Shown here: piece after piece, positions 16,588-34,199 of the stretch
Layout of the letters: each line of letters opens with the position of its first letter
Position numbering within the stretch: the stretch's first letter is position 1
Assembly: GCF_009914755.1 (NCBI RefSeq)
Contig: NC_060929.1
Length of the DNA stretch: 64,000 bases
Source: the human T2T-CHM13v2.0 reference genome, Homo sapiens
Strand: one strand, 5' to 3'
The notes under the pieces: model-generated
Seen by the model: the letters and a program-made list of their open reading frames with translations, nothing else
The model's database searches: none
What the model was told of the DNA's origin: nothing
Translations under genes and position numbers: made by a program

Positions 16588-19109
16588 TTCTATAAACTCT
16601 TCATAAAACCTTTCTTCTTTGAGTTATCAGGTGCCAGTTTGATCTCATGTTATCATCAAATTCAAAATGTCTTTCAAGGTTGTAGGAATGAGTCCGATCT
16701 CTAGCTTTACCTTTGTCTCTCCAGAATTCTTAAGAGCCTGAGTTACAGGGTATTGGGGCAAGTTTTATGGTATTAGTAACAGATTGATCTTATTTAACAA
16801 GTTTAGGGGATTACAAAGATCTTGCTGTACATGCTAGTACATACATCCCATGTCTCATAAGCCTCTTAATTCTCTACCCAAGGGTGTCTTTTACTATTAT
16901 AATGAGCATAATAAGTCAGCCCAAAGACACTAATCATGGGTTTCTGCAGTTGCATGAATTTGGGGATTTTCCCTTCTGCTCTTTTACCTCCTTGCTGCAA
17001 AGTGTTCAACCATGAGCCCAGAATGCAGTTCATACACTGCAGAGTGGATTGTTATCTCCATTTATTTGGCAGGTTTGCTCCCCTTTAAGAGACACTATGA
17101 CCACCTTATCTAACCTACTTCAAGAGGAGGCATCTCTCACAGAAACTTTGTATCTCTCAATAAGCGTGTCTCCTCTCATTAAAGGTAAAGAAGTGCAAGC
17201 CTCTGTGTTCACTGAGTGTTCATCTAAATTACATCTAGTCTGCATTTTCATGACATCAAAAATGACTTACTTGTTTTTCACTACAGCATATTACCTCCTG
17301 GTGTTTTCACCAGGTGTTTTTAGATGTCACTGTTACTGTTACTATCATTTTTGAGTGGCTGTTTTTCAAATCATGAAGGTAGTTGTAAGATAACTACCTT
17401 ATAAGCCATAGGCATTTGCATTTATTTCAATCTTTTTGGCTACCTAGGAAAAACAATACTTTAGTCCAAAGAGCTTTGAAGTCGATAGACTTAAATAGAA
17501 ATCTAGACATTGTCACTAACCAGCTATGAACGAACATTGGGCAATTTCCTTAACCTGAGCCTTTACCCTGAGACTGTTAAGTACAAAATCTTTGACAAAA
17601 ATTCTGGGAGAAAAAAAAAACTCCATAGATTATAAATAAAATTAAGGCCAAGTATTAAAAAAAAGAAAATTCTGGAAGAACATAGCATGGTTGTGGCCCC
17701 AGGACATTTCTTAGAAATCGTACATTTTGAGTAGTGGGAAGATGAAAGTAAAAATAAGCCTTTTTAACAGATTTGCCACTGAAATTATCAATAGTCAGGT
17801 ACTTTGTAGAACAAGTTTATTACTATGTGGACTTGTTACTTGAGTGACATTCAGGTATCAAAAAGTCACAGAAATGTTATCTCATGGGCACTAAGAGTCA
17901 TTTTTCATGTGTGTCTGTTTTTAAAGTTTAAACAATTAACAGTACTCAAGTGACAGAGACTCATGAAAGATGACAGTCTATCAGCACTTCTCAACAAGGA
18001 TTCCAGGAGAGCATTAAGCCCTGATGGCCCAAGACATCCATCATATTTAATGAATTAACCTATCTCCTGTGTATATAGAATATTACTAGCATACCATCCT
18101 CGGGAAAACTGAGAAAAGAATAGCCTGATCATGGCTTAATTTCCTCACAGAACACCAGTAAATGAAAGCTGATAGCTACGGGGTTGAAGGACCTAGGATT
18201 TAGTCACATTTTCCTGACAAGGCCTGTAAATGCTCTACTCTCTGTCTCAAGGATCATCTTGTTGCCTATGATAGATAATAAACAAGGTCATACATATCTC
18301 ACTAGTCAATTTTGGGTTTTTACCCAACATTTTATTCTTTAAAAGATTTAGACTAACAGAGTTATTTAGTGTTTCCAGTTGTGTGTTTTATTTAGCAAGT
18401 GAGTAAAAATACTGGAATATTGAAGTATTTGCATAAAAAAGGAAACGGTATTGTTTTGTAATCTCTGTTTTATTTCCTACTAAAGTTTTATATGTAAAAA
18501 AAAGCCTATGGAGTGTGAATTAGAGACAGACTAGGACAAGGCTATAAAGATACCACAGAATCGTCACAGCTCTAGAGTCAGACACCTACTAGCTATGAAA
18601 CTTGGGACAACAATTTAATTTTCTGAGTTTTAGTTTACGTGTAAAATGAGTATAAGTAATAACTTCTTCATAAGGCTGATGAAAGGATTAAATGCAAAAA
18701 ACCTGGTTAAGTGTTTAAATTCAAAAGAAACTCATTAAACAACAGTACATATGATTTATTCTTACTATTACATCTAATTCTCAAAGTCTTCCAGAAGAAA
18801 GAACTATCCTGCTTTAAATGCAGCATACCTACCCATCAGAGCCCCAGTGAGTAGGATACCTAGAAGACAGGAATTGGCTTGGAAACGGAGAAAGTAATTG
18901 GGAATATCTTTTGGCTTTTCAGTAAGTCAGAGAGTCAAATAATTCAAAGATTTAAAAGGATTAAGAGTCACTGCTCTTATCATCCCTTGCTGGAAAAATA
19001 ATGTGATTTACTAATACATGAATTTCTAAAATAATGATTCAAATCTAAGTAGAAAAACTGGAGTATATGGGTTTCCAGAGAATGAAGAATTGGATGTTCA
19101 AGAAAATTT

Positions 19110-19620
19110 CATTGGTAATTAGGGAAATGCAAATAAAGTAACAATAAAATATGATTTTTTACACATCGGTCAGTAAAAAGTAAAAATAAGTAATAAATGT
19201 CTATATTTGACAAGGGTATGGAGACCAAAACTGTGGAAGTAGAAATTGGTGCAGCCTTTTTAGAGGGTAATTTGGCATCTATTCTATATGTGCATGTCTT
19301 TTTACTCAGAATTCCACTTCTATGAATCTACGCTACAGGATTCTGACCTGTTCAAAGATAAACATTCTAAAATATTATTATTTCTTTTTGTAATTAAAAT
19401 GAAACAAAAATTTTACCAATAGGAAAATATGTATATTAATCATGATTATGCTATGCTACAGATGCAATGCAACCATTTTACATCACAAAACAATTTCTAT
19501 ATGCTGGTTTGGATAGTCATCCCAGATATATCACTAATTGAAAAAGAAAAGAAAAAAATAAAGCAAGTTCCAAAACAATCTTCAGAGTATGATATTATTT
19601 ATTTATATACATATATGTAT
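19110..19620 (+). mobile_element. L1ME-like 3' fragment
   Basis: aattagggaaatgcaaat, aaattggtgcagcctttttagagggtaatttggca and aattccacttcta motifs. Confidence 0.65.
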
Positions 19621-19847
19621 ATATAGCATTGGGAATCATGTGTGTGCACATGTGTGTACAAATGCACCCTATCCACATGAATGATTTACACACCCTATCC
19701 ACATGAATGATTTAAATATGTTAAATAGTAGAATGTAAAAATTATTAACTCCCCTTTTATGACCTTCTCTCAATCCCTTCCCTTCTCCAAAGAGAATCAC
19801 TATCATCTGTCTGGCATATATCTTGCTCTTTCTCTCTCTCCCTCTGT

Positions 19848-19850
<3 letters not shown>

Positions 19851-19894
<44 letters not shown>
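19851..19894 (+). repeat. (TG)22 microsatellite
   Basis: Direct count from the sequence. Confidence 0.97.
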
Positions 19895-19897
<3 letters not shown>

Positions 19898-20260
19898 ATG
19901 GCATTCCCAATGCTATATCTATAGCATATATATATGCTATATTATAATATATAATATGTATATGCTATACATAAATTGCTTCCACTAAACTGAGAACTCC
20001 TTGAGGCCAGAGGCTATAAGTATTTTAATATTCTCTCAATACCAGGCAACTCACACTGATTTAAACACTGATAGTATTAAGTCTGTTTGTTCATGATTTA
20101 AATTTGTTTAATTTAAATTGAGGACATTCATGTTGTATATATAAATATTATATATATATGCTAGATTCCCAATGCTATTAGTAATTTTTACACTCTACTA
20201 TTCCACATATTTAAATTTCCCATCAAACACACATTACTGTTGTGAACAAGTATTTTAAAT

Positions 20261-20555
20261 CACCAAACATGGTGGCCGTTGCCCGTCATCTCAACATTTT
20301 AGGAGGCTGAGGCGGGAGGATTGCTTGAGACCAGGAGTTCAAGACCAGCCTGGGTAACATAGAGAGACTCCATCTGTACAAAAAAATAAAATTTTATCCA
20401 GGCAGGTTGGTGCATGCCTGTAGCTACTGGGGAGGCTGAGGCAGGAGGAACGCTATAGCCTGGGAAGCCAACGCTGCAGCAAGCCATGATTACACCACTG
20501 CACTCCAGCCTGGGCAATAAAGAGAGATTTTATCTGTCTCCAAAAAAACAAAAAG
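20261..20555 (+). mobile_element. AluJ
   Basis: Diverged dimer (gggaggattgcttgag); TSD aagtattttaaat at 20248 and 20556. Confidence 0.92.
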
Positions 20556-21789
20556 AAGTATTTTAAATAACTGCTAAGGAATTTAATATCTGTCTTTCTC
20601 ATCTGGTCCAGGAACAGCCCTGGAAGTTTGATCTAATAATCAAAACTTCTTCTTCTAGATTAATCCTCTACTATAAATTAATCAGGTAGCAAAAATAGAG
20701 CTAAAGCAAAAAACAATAGATATGTTAGGAGAGTTATAAAAACTACAAAATGAATGTCCTTAATTTAAATTCAACACATTTAAATCGTGAACAAACAGAC
20801 TTAATACTAGCAGTGTGTAAATCAGTGTGAGTTGCCTGGCATTGAGAGAATATTGAAATACGGATAGCCTCTAGCCTCAAGGAGTTCTCAGTTTAGTGGA
20901 AGAAATTTCTGTATAGGCAGACATTTTCAATATCCTGACATAAATTCAGTGCTTAAGGGTACTCTCAAAAGTTTTAAAAACAATAAGAAGGAGTCCCAGA
21001 AAGGAAGTCTGGATAATGTTTGCTCCTAGACTCTAAGGATTAATCTCTTTAAGAACTAAGGCTCTTATCCATCTGACTGCAAATAAGCCAAATTGAAATA
21101 AATAAACAAATAGGCAATGACTCCTTAATAACTGTCCTATATATTTCAATTTATTGTTTTCCTTAAGAAGTTAAAAAATTAGGTATCTATGCAAATACCA
21201 TATTATGTTTTAGCTATGAACAAATTAGAAGATTTAGGATTGCATCATTTATTTATTTATTGCTGGATACCCACTAACAATAGCCACAGACAATTACTTA
21301 GTCATGTATAATATACAGAGTACCTATGTGTACATCATTTCATTTTATCTTTACAACTTTCGTGTTAGGCAGGAAGAATTTTCCCCGTTGTACACATTAG
21401 GAAATAGAGATTCAGAGATATTAAAATAGACTGTTCTTAGCCAGTGCAATTATGCCATAAATGGGGCATTTTTCTCTATCCTGAAGAAGATTCTAGATTT
21501 GCAAATACCATATTTAACAATTAGGCAAAATATAACAAAGTGTTCCTGTTTTCTCCACTATTAACTGCAGGACCTTTTTAGACCATGCTGATATGATTAC
21601 AGTAATTATCATGGTAACAAGAATGGAACATATTGTAAGATAAGGGAAAATATCGACCTAAACTTTCCTTAGAACTCCTAGAAGTGCTCAAAATGGCACC
21701 TTACACTTTTCAGATCAGAGTTCTCTTCATGTAATTGCTTTCTCCATCCAAAGCACTTTTAGTAATTTAATTTTTCACGTCCATGACTT

Positions 21790-22260
21790 AGTTCAGTAAG
21801 ATACTGCTTCAGCAACGAGACTTTCAGGAAATTCGGCACAAATAGCTTATTTTTAAAAAGGAACTTATTGAAATCATACAACTGAAACTCCAAGAATATG
21901 TTTGCTTCAGGTATGTCTTGATCCAGGAGTTTAATAATGACATAAAGACGTAGACTCCCTTCATCTACTGGTTCCACTCTCCCAGAGTGCAAAATGGTTA
22001 CCAGCAGTTCCAGACCACAGGCTTGCATGTTCAAATCCAGAAGGCAAAGTCCACATATCTTTTTCCTTAGCTGCTCACATAAGTTTTGTTGTGCCTTATT
22101 GGCTCTTATTGAGTGACATATTTATTTCTGAACTTTGGAAGAGTTCAGGAAAAAAGTGATACTTTGAATGGTTAGGCCTAAATCTCAAGTCAATCTTTTG
22201 AGCTGGGAATAAGTCAATGTCATGCAAAGCACACAAAATAAGGGAAAAAGGAGTGGATCC
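21790..22260 (-). mobile_element. Old MaLR LTR (MLT1J/K-like)
   Basis: aaaaggaacttattg...actgaaactcca...gcttcaggtatgtcttgatccagg motif series. Confidence 0.5.
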
Positions 22261-22437
22261 CAGAGGAAAATTAGTATACCCTTACCAGAGAAAGCTTAAT
22301 AAATTCTGGATCACTAAAACAAGTCATTTATGACAATTTCTTATAGATCTGATATTAATACTCCAAGTACAATTTTATATTGACTGAAGGCTGATAATTT
22401 GTTTTGTGGCATAAAATTAAATAAGGGTAAGGAAAGG

Positions 22438-22880
22438 TGCTATTGATTAAGTTTCCTGGAGAACAGACTCTGAAATGGAAATTTGCAGGCATGAAGTTCA
22501 TTAGGAAGTGATTTCAGTATCAACATTTGTAACAGAGTGAAAGAAGAATAAGTGAGCAGTGGGAAAAGTTGAACTCTGAAAAAGTTGGCCGCAGCCAATC
22601 CCTTGGAGATCTCTGAAACTAGCCTACTCTTCTAATAGTCTAGTCTTCTACATTGCCCTGAATTGAGGCAAGGGGAACAGGCCCTTACATTCTTGCTTTG
22701 TAATTGGATGTAGGTTACTCCTGAAGAGCAAATGTAAACTTGGGTGAGGCAAAGGCCTCCTGCCGAGGGCATTCTGTGGGAGGGTCTCAGCTGTGCCCTC
22801 TCAGCAGTTAACGCTTCCGGAAGCTGGTGGAATGAGTGCCTTGATACAGATGTGAGTGTTCTGGGCAGCACTCCACCACA
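22438..22880 (-). mobile_element. LTR16-like 3' LTR of ERV-L provirus
   Basis: aacagactctgaa, gaattgaggcaagggg, ctcagctgtg and gaatgagtgcc match recalled LTR16A; paralogous to 26123-26620. Confidence 0.75.
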
Positions 22881-24379
22881 TTCTTGGGTCTACCCCTTGT
22901 TCCACCCATATCCATCAGTAGTAATTAAGTCCACCTCATCTGGGAATACTTCCTCCAGGATTTGGTCATTCTCTTCCTGGGGACACACACAAGTGAAAGG
23001 TTAGTGAGATAAATGACAATCCCTCCACCACTGCAGCTCTTCTCAGTGTCTCAACTGATATTCATCATCTCTTTCCTCTGTTACTAATTCTAGATTTCCC
23101 CCACACTCAGCACCTCTGCCAGTCTAAGCCCCAGGATGTAAGCCCCTGCCTACCACAGCTTTTTTATACTACAGTTACTGCACTTGTCGATTGATGATCA
23201 CAAGTGGGTGGAGGTGTACCAAGAAACACCTAGTGGATCCTCTGGTGTTCACTGGAGGACAACAGTCCTACCCTCTTCTGATGATGAGGGTCAATTTTCA
23301 CTGCTACGTGCCTCCTTTACTTGCCTTCTGACTTCTTGGCACAAAGATTCTAATGTGTTTAAAACCTCAGCCATAAAATTTAATAGGATCCTTTCTGCGT
23401 CTCCTGGTGAAAGCACTCTCCCTCTGGGAGTCATAATCTCTAGACCCATACAGCCCAAAGTTGTAGGGATAAGAAAGACAAATTCTGTAATGGAATCATT
23501 GAAAGTGATGCGAAACTGGTCAATTCCTTCTACCACTTCTTTGGTTCCCAGACTTATGTAGTCTGGAATATTTATTAGGGATACAGCACATTATAATGGT
23601 TATTGATTAAGAACATATAGAATGTTCTGTGCCCTTACTAAGCTGCTCATTTATCACTCTGTCACTCTGGCAGGCCAGTATTTTCTGGATGGTGTGGTAC
23701 AAGATAGAACAGTGGATATCATAGCTATGTGCTCAAAGTTACACTGTTTGCTGTAAAGTGGATTCCTTTGTCTGATGATGCATTATGTTAAATTCATATC
23801 CATGGACCAGACACTTCTAACCCCTTGGAGAGTGGAGCTAGCCTCAGCCCTATGAACAGGAAAACCTATATCATACCCAAAATCAATTCCAATCCCAGTC
23901 TACATGAATCTCTTCTCATTCCAGGGTGAGAGGTGTCCAATATAATCAAATGGCTAGTTAGCCTTGAGGAACGGTGTCATATTAAGGGCTCAGCAATTGT
24001 CTATTGCTGGCAGGTTACACCTAAATAGTATCATAGCTGGATTAACATAGGTGAGTTGAAGCCCAAGCTGTGGGCTCATGAATAGCCTTCGTCTTTGCCA
24101 ACATGGCTACTTCCAGCACCAGAGTGGTTAATTTGACATCAGCTATTCAAAGTACAATTGTCTATTTAGTTGTTTAGTGCCACTGCTGCACAGGCTGTTT
24201 CTGGTGTATATTCTTATATAAAACAAAGGACTTCTAATTTCAGTCAAGATAAAGTCTGAGACTGAATCTCTACTCCCACCTGAAACAACCAAAAAAAAAA
24301 AAAAAAAGGAACAGAAAAATAGGAGAATACTATACTAAGGCTTTTACACTATTTTCACTATGAATAGAACGGTATAAAA

Positions 24380-24790
24380 GCACTTAAGTGTTAACCGTGA
24401 TAACTTAAACGTTTGTATTTTAAATTCTAAATCAACCCCTAAAATAGCAAAGAATTACAGAATCATAAAAAATACAATTAATCCAAATGAAAGCAGAAAA
24501 AGGGGGAAATGAAACAAAGAACACATGGGCATATAGAAGATAAATAGCAAGAGAAAAGATTTAAACCTAAGCATATCAATAATCACATTAAATGTAAATG
24601 ATTTGAAGTCTTCATTAAATGGCAGAGATTGTAAATTAGAGAAAAAAGGAAGATGCAACTATTTGCACCTTACAAGAAATTCACTTTAAATATATAAACA
24701 AAAATTGGTTAAAAAGTAAATGGATGAAAAAAGATATGTCTTGCCAACACTAACCAAAAGAAAGTTGATTAGGTATATTAATTTTGGCAT
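24380..24790 (+). mobile_element. Old L1M ORF2-start (endonuclease) fragment
   Basis: atatcaataatcacattaaatgtaaatg (ITLNVN) and caagaaattcactttaaatata motifs. Confidence 0.65.
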
Positions 24791-24842
24791 CATCTTCAAG
24801 TAATGTGTTTTGCTAGCTTTTAATGGGATGGAATGAGCTACT

Positions 24843-25170
<328 letters not shown>

Positions 25171-25177
25171 AGAATGA

Positions 25178-25562
<385 letters not shown>

Positions 25563-26122
25563 TGACTCAAATGTCCCCAGCCCAAATTCAGCATTCCATT
25601 CCTTCTCAACCAAGATTCTTACCTTGAATGGCAGAATTGCTGGCCTTGAGAACTCAAATTCTCTGCTGTCAGGAAGCCCAGTTCAAGTCCTGATATTCAG
25701 CACTTCTTTTTCTCTGGCTTTCAGAAATTAGAACTTCTTTATATCTTACTACTGAGGTCCTTTGGCTTTCACAGATAAGTCACTGATCAATCACCCTCAG
25801 CCTTTTGTTGTCTTTCTCCACTGTACCAAGGCCACTCAGCAAGAGACATTCAATTCCACAGACCTTATGATTACTATTTCCCCCAAAGCTGTTAAATACC
25901 AGAGATATTGAATCTTCTAGTTTATTTCCTTCCACCAGCATCTGATCTTGGTTTACTACCAATGGAAGTTTGAATAACTGGACTGCTACATCATGCCACA
26001 GGCTATTTATATTCCACATACCACCAGTAATGGTTGTCCTTATTGCCGGCTGCCTTGCACATAAGCATCTCCAAGATCTCATTTAAGAGTACAACTGTCA
26101 TTTAGAATTTGCTGATACCAAC

Positions 26123-26620
26123 TGTCCTAGGTCAGGTTTCCTAGTAAACAGGCTCTGAGATTAAGGTTTTCAGGTGGTTTATTAAGAAATACTTTCAAAA
26201 TAAAATCCAAGAGCAGTGATGGGAAAGATAGAGTACTGGACAAAATGAGAACATGAACTGTGATGCAGTTGTGACAGAGAGCTTGGCTGATACCATGGGG
26301 TTCTCTGTAGTTGGAATGTCCCAAATAAAAGCAAGAGGGCCAAGCCCTTATGCCCCACATTGGCCTGCCTTTGGATAGGATGTTCCTGAAAAGGAGACAT
26401 AATCTTGGGCAAGAAGACTTGCCTTTGCTGAAGGTAATTCCTTGTTAGGCAGTCAGCTGTGAGCTGTCAATAAAGTAGAAAATAATTTAAACATGTGTAC
26501 TGTAAATCTTAATTCAATTTTTTAAATAACAGCTAAGTGAATGAGTGCTTTGATGTTAAATGTAGCAAATGCTAGGGAAAAGGGGAGGACCAGGCAAGAA
26601 ATTTGGGTAGCACACCATAA
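26123..26620 (-). mobile_element. LTR16-like 5' LTR of ERV-L provirus
   Basis: tgtcctaggtcaggtttcc...aaacaggctctgaga, gaactgtgatgcagtt, cagctgtgagctgtca and gaatgagtgc motifs. Confidence 0.75.
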
Positions 26621-26834
26621 ATCTACCATAAAAAGCAGTATGAAATGAAAGGGGGAAATAACACAGCTAATTTTTTTTTCTCATCTTAGTGTTCCATGAG
26701 GTAGATTAGAAGAAAAAGTTCCACTGTTAACTCATTTACTTGGGGGAAGGAAGATGATAAGGAAAAAACAGTTCAGTGGGAATTTTGGGCACCTTTTCCA
26801 AAAGATTCTTAAAAAACAGATCTCCTTTACTTAC

Positions 26835-26912
26835 AGTGATCAAATAGTCACAAACATATTATAGAAGCACAGTCCTTTTTACTTCTTCAGGTTGACAGGT
26901 GGAAACATCAAT
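26835..26912 (-). other. Candidate 78-bp non-coding exon
   Basis: ttctcttggccttttcctttccatccctgatag|ATTGATG...GATCACT|gtaagt; stops in all three frames. Confidence 0.4.
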
Positions 26913-27240
26913 CTATCAGGGATGGAAAGGAAAAGGCCAAGAGAACAACGAATCTAACTGTTACTAATTTTCAAAACAAACAAGACTATTTGCCAACTGC
27001 AGATCTGCTTAATTTTCATCATGAGCCCAACTCTTCTATTTCATTCTCATGGGACCCATCCACATTGGAGAATTTGTCTACTTAATGCAACAAAAATCAA
27101 TCAAAGTCAATTTTTGTGTAGACAAAAAAAAAAAAAGTCCGAGTTTTTTCAGATAATCTTGTGGGGGATAAGTATTATTGGATCACAACTTTCTTCTGCC
27201 TCCCCTTAATTCAAATGCTCTTATAAAGAAGCTCTCTTTT

Positions 27241-27308
27241 AGAGTTAATATGAGAAAGACGTATCCAAAAGCAAAGAGTTAATATGAGACAGACCTATCT
27301 CAAAGCAA
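27241..27308 (+). repeat. 34-bp tandem duplication (2 copies, 4 mismatches)
   Basis: agagttaatatgaga(a/c)agac(g/c)tatc..aaagcaa twice in tandem. Confidence 0.9.
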
Positions 27309-27492
27309 TCTCCGAACACCAAATGTATCCGTTTTGTTTTCTTGACTAAAACTAGTTTTACTTCAAATGTATTTCAAACATGACTCATCAAGAACTCACC
27401 TTATACATTCTCACATGGTACCTGACACAGCCATAAGAAGCTATCCCCATACAACTATCACAGTTTCCAACTACATCTCCAAATTAAGTTTT

Positions 27493-30125
27493 GTTTTGTT
27501 TTATACTGTAAGTTCTAGGGTACATGTGCACAACGTGAAGGTTTGTTACATAGGTATACATGTGCCATGCTGGTGTGCTGCACTCATTAACCCATCAATT
27601 ACATTAGGTATTTCTCCTAATGCTATCCCTCCCGCAGCCCCCCTCCACCCCCCGACAGGTCCCAGTATGTGACATTCCCTGCCCTGTGTCCACATGTTCT
27701 CATTGTTCAATTCCCACCTATGACTGAAAACATGCGGTGTTTGGTTTTCTGTCCTTGTGATAGTTTGCTCAGAATGATGGTTTCCAGCTTCATCCATGTC
27801 CCTGCAAAGGATATGAACTCATCCTTTTTATGGCTGCATAATATTCCATGGTGCATATGTACCACATTTTCTTAATCCAGTCTTTCACTGATGGTTGGTT
27901 CCAAGTCTTTGCTATTGTGAATACTGCCACAATAAACATACAGGTGCATGTGTCTTTACAGTAGCATGATTTATAATCCTTTGGGTATATACCCAGTAAT
28001 GGGACTGCTGGGTCAAATGGTATTTCTAGCTCTAGATCCTTTCACCACACCTTCTTCCACAATGGTTGAACTAGTTTACACTCCCACCAACAGTGTAAAA
28101 GCTTCCCTATTTCACCACATCCTCTCCAGCATCTGTTGTTTCCTGACTTTTTTTTTTTTTTTTTTTGAGACGGAGTCTCACTCTGTTGCCCAGCCTGGAG
28201 GGCAGTGGCGCGATCTTAGCTCGCTGCAAGCCTCACCTCCCAGGTTCATGCCATTCTGCTGCCTCAGCCTCCCGAGTAGCTGGGACTACAGGCACCCGCC
28301 ACCACACTCAGCTAATTTTTTCTATTTTTAGAGGAGATGGGGTTTCACCGTGTTAGCCAGGATGGTCTCGATCTCCTGACCACGTGATCCACCCGCCTCG
28401 GCCTCCCAAAGTGCTGGGATTACAGGCATGAGCCACCACGCTGGGCCTGTTTCCTGACTTTTTAATGATGGCCATTCTAACTGGTGTGAGATGGTATCTC
28501 ATTGTGGTTTTGATTTGCATTTCTCTGATGACCAATGACGATGAGCATTTTTTCATGTGTCTGTTGGCTGCATAAATGTCTTCTTTTGAGAAGTGTCTGT
28601 TCATATCCTTTGCCCACTTTGATGGGGTTGTTTGATTTTTTCTTGTAAATTTGTTTAAGTTCTTTGTATATTCCAAATATTAGCCCTTTGTCAGATGGGT
28701 AGATTGCAAAAATTCTCTCCCATTCTGTAGGTTGCCTGTTCATACTGAGGGTAGTTTCTTTTGCTGTGCAGAAGCTCTTTAGTTTAATGAGATCCCATTT
28801 GTCTATTTTGGCTTTTGTTGCCATTGTTTTTGCTGTTTTAATCATGAAATCCTTGCCCATACCTATGTCCTGAATGGTATTGCCTAGGTTTTCTTCTAGG
28901 GTTTTTATGGTTTTAGGTCTAATCCATCTTGACTTAATTTTTGTATAAGTTGTAAGGAAGGGATCCAGTTTCAGCTTTCTACATATGGCTAGCCAGTTTT
29001 CCCGGCACCACATATTACATAGGGAATCCTTTCCCCATTTCTTGTTTTTGTCAGGTTTGTAAAAGATGAAATGGTTGTAGATATGTGATGTTATTTCTGA
29101 GGGCTCTGTTCTGTTCCATTGGCCTATATCTCTATTTTGGTACCAGTACCATGCTGTTTTGGTTACTGTAGCCTTGTAGTATGGTTTGAAATCAGGTAGC
29201 GTGATGCCTCCAGCTTTGTTCTTTTTGCTTAGGATTGTCTTGGCAATGTGGGCTCTTTTTTGGTTCCATATGAACTTTAAAGTACTTTTTTTTAATTCTG
29301 TGAAGAAAGTCATTAGTAGCTTAAAGGGGATGGCATTGAATCTGTAAATTACCTTGGGCAGTATGGCCATTTTCATGATACTGATTCTTCCTAACCATGA
29401 GCATGGAATGTTGTTCCATTTGTTTGTGTCCTCTTTTATTTCATTGAGCAGTGGTTTGTAGTTCTCCTTGAAGAGGTCCTTCACATCCCTTGTAAGTTGG
29501 ATTCCTAGGTATTTTATTCTCTTTGTAGCAATTGTGAATGGGAGTTCACTCATGATTTGACTCTCTGTTTGTCTGTTATTGACATATAGGAATGCTTGTG
29601 ATTTTTCCACATTGATTTTTGTATCCTGAGACCTTGCTGAAGTTGCTTAACCGCTTAAGGAGATTTTGGGTTGAGATGATGGGGTTTTCTAAACATACAA
29701 TCATGTCATCTGCAAACAGGGAAAATTTGACTTCCTCTTTTCATAATTGAATACCCTTTATTTCTTTCTCTTGCCTGATTTCCCTGGCCAGAACTTCCAA
29801 CACCATGTTGAATAGGGGTGGTGACAGAGGGCATCCCTGTCTTCTGTCAGTTTTCAAAGGGAATGCTTCCAGTTTTTGCCCATTTGGAATGATATTGGCT
29901 GTGGGTTTGTAATAAATAGCTGTCATTATTTTGAGATACATTCCATCAATACCTATTTTATTGAGAGTTTTTAGCATGAAGGGCTGTTGAATTTTGTTGA
30001 AGGCCTCTCTGCATCTATTGAGATAATCATGTGGTTTTTGTCTTTCATTCTGTTTAGTGATGGATTACGTTTATTGATTTGCATATGTTGAACCAGACTT
30101 GCATCCCAGGGATGAAGCCAACTTG
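27493..30125 (-). mobile_element. L1PA5/6-like, non-inverted 3' segment (ORF2 RT to tail) of a twin-primed insertion
   Basis: L1 3'UTR and ORF2 on minus strand; 377-aa ORF 28477..29610; TSD ccaaa(t/g)taagtttt at 27479 and 32857. Confidence 0.96.
28148..28447 (-). mobile_element. AluY inserted in L1 ORF2
   Basis: gttagccaggatggtctcgatctcc and gccattct diagnostics; TSD tgtttcctgactttt at 28137 and 28448. Confidence 0.95.
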
Positions 30126-32859
<2,734 letters not shown>

Positions 32860-34199
32860 AAGTAAGTTTTAACAAAGTACATGCTATGAAACCCATGTCA
32901 ACAGAGTACCACATTTTGAAAAAGACGAAAACCAGAAACAATACCTGCCTTTATAATCCAAATAATTATTGTAGAACTCTGATTCTTGGGTTCCTAACAT
33001 CAAAGTGGTGAGATAATTAAAACACTCGTAGATGAAAGATTATGTACCCTCTTGGCCAATATTTCAAGGCTGTTTTCAGTATAGCAAATGAATGCCTGCA
33101 TTTGCTGCCTTATTTTACAAGAAATAAAATTGGTGACAAAAATATATTTAACAACTACTTTTAAACATATTTTAATGACAATAAGAAACTGGTTAGATAT
33201 ACACTTTGTGTGCTACAGTCTAAAATTTCATTTTGTATTTTAACTGGATACTTTATCAGCTAATCTAAATATTTTGCATTATGCAGAAAGCTAAAACATT
33301 GAGAAACTATGGTTAATTAAATTATCTGATTAGCTAAATATTAAGGCAGATGATCTTTTAATTCAACAATTTCTGAATACACTCGATAGATAGCATAATT
33401 TAATTTTTCTTAGTGGCTCAGGATCTTATAAGGCTTCAAGAAGACTTTGCTCAGCCATAATATTATACTATAAATGTAGATGGTCAACATTAAGTTGTTT
33501 TACTGATATAAAGGAGTAGGCTTATGTATTGTTCATCTTCTAAAAAGAAGACAAGGAATGATTTTGAGTCCTCCATTAAATGTATGTAATACATATTGAT
33601 AAAGAACATGTAGAAGTCCAGCCAATCAAGGGCTTTAAAATTACCAAGAGAAGCACCCATCTGTTATCTAAAATGACAAGAGCTTGTCACAAATATTCAT
33701 AATATCATAAAGTAGAAGGTGTAATTACTTGCAATAGCATAGTCATGCTGGTTCTATTTTTCCCAGCTACAGAATATTCTGTAGACTGTGGTAATAACTG
33801 TAAACAGCTGTTTGGTCTTTAAAAAAACAGCAACAAATTTGAACTAAAAAGTCTACATTATCTTTCTCTTCCCAGCACTTATACTTTCCAAAAGTGTGGC
33901 CATTTAGTATAAGAAGTTTGTATTAAACCACCCACCTCTCAACTCATTTTTAATCCAGAACTAGCTAGGAAATGTCAGATTCCCTTCATATTTATCCCAT
34001 ATATAGTTCTTAGTTCCTTGCCCCATTTATGTTTCCTAGTCCCTTGTCTAGCCATCTGTGTTAATCTAACAACTGTTTCTATCTCCCTAACATAGCATTC
34101 ATTAAAGATGGCAGGGACTAAGATAGAAAAGTAAACTGTTGGGGTGAATTTCTCAAAAGATGGCTCTGTGTGACGTGGGAATGAGAATATATGCAATTG

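Noticed and set aside
17377-17401. 9-bp stem hairpin aaggtagtt/aactacctt
   Set aside because: A stem this short is expected by chance in 64 kb.
28477-29610. Longest ORF (377 aa) as a gene
   Set aside because: It is a fragment of L1 ORF2p between frameshifts, with no independent gene structure.
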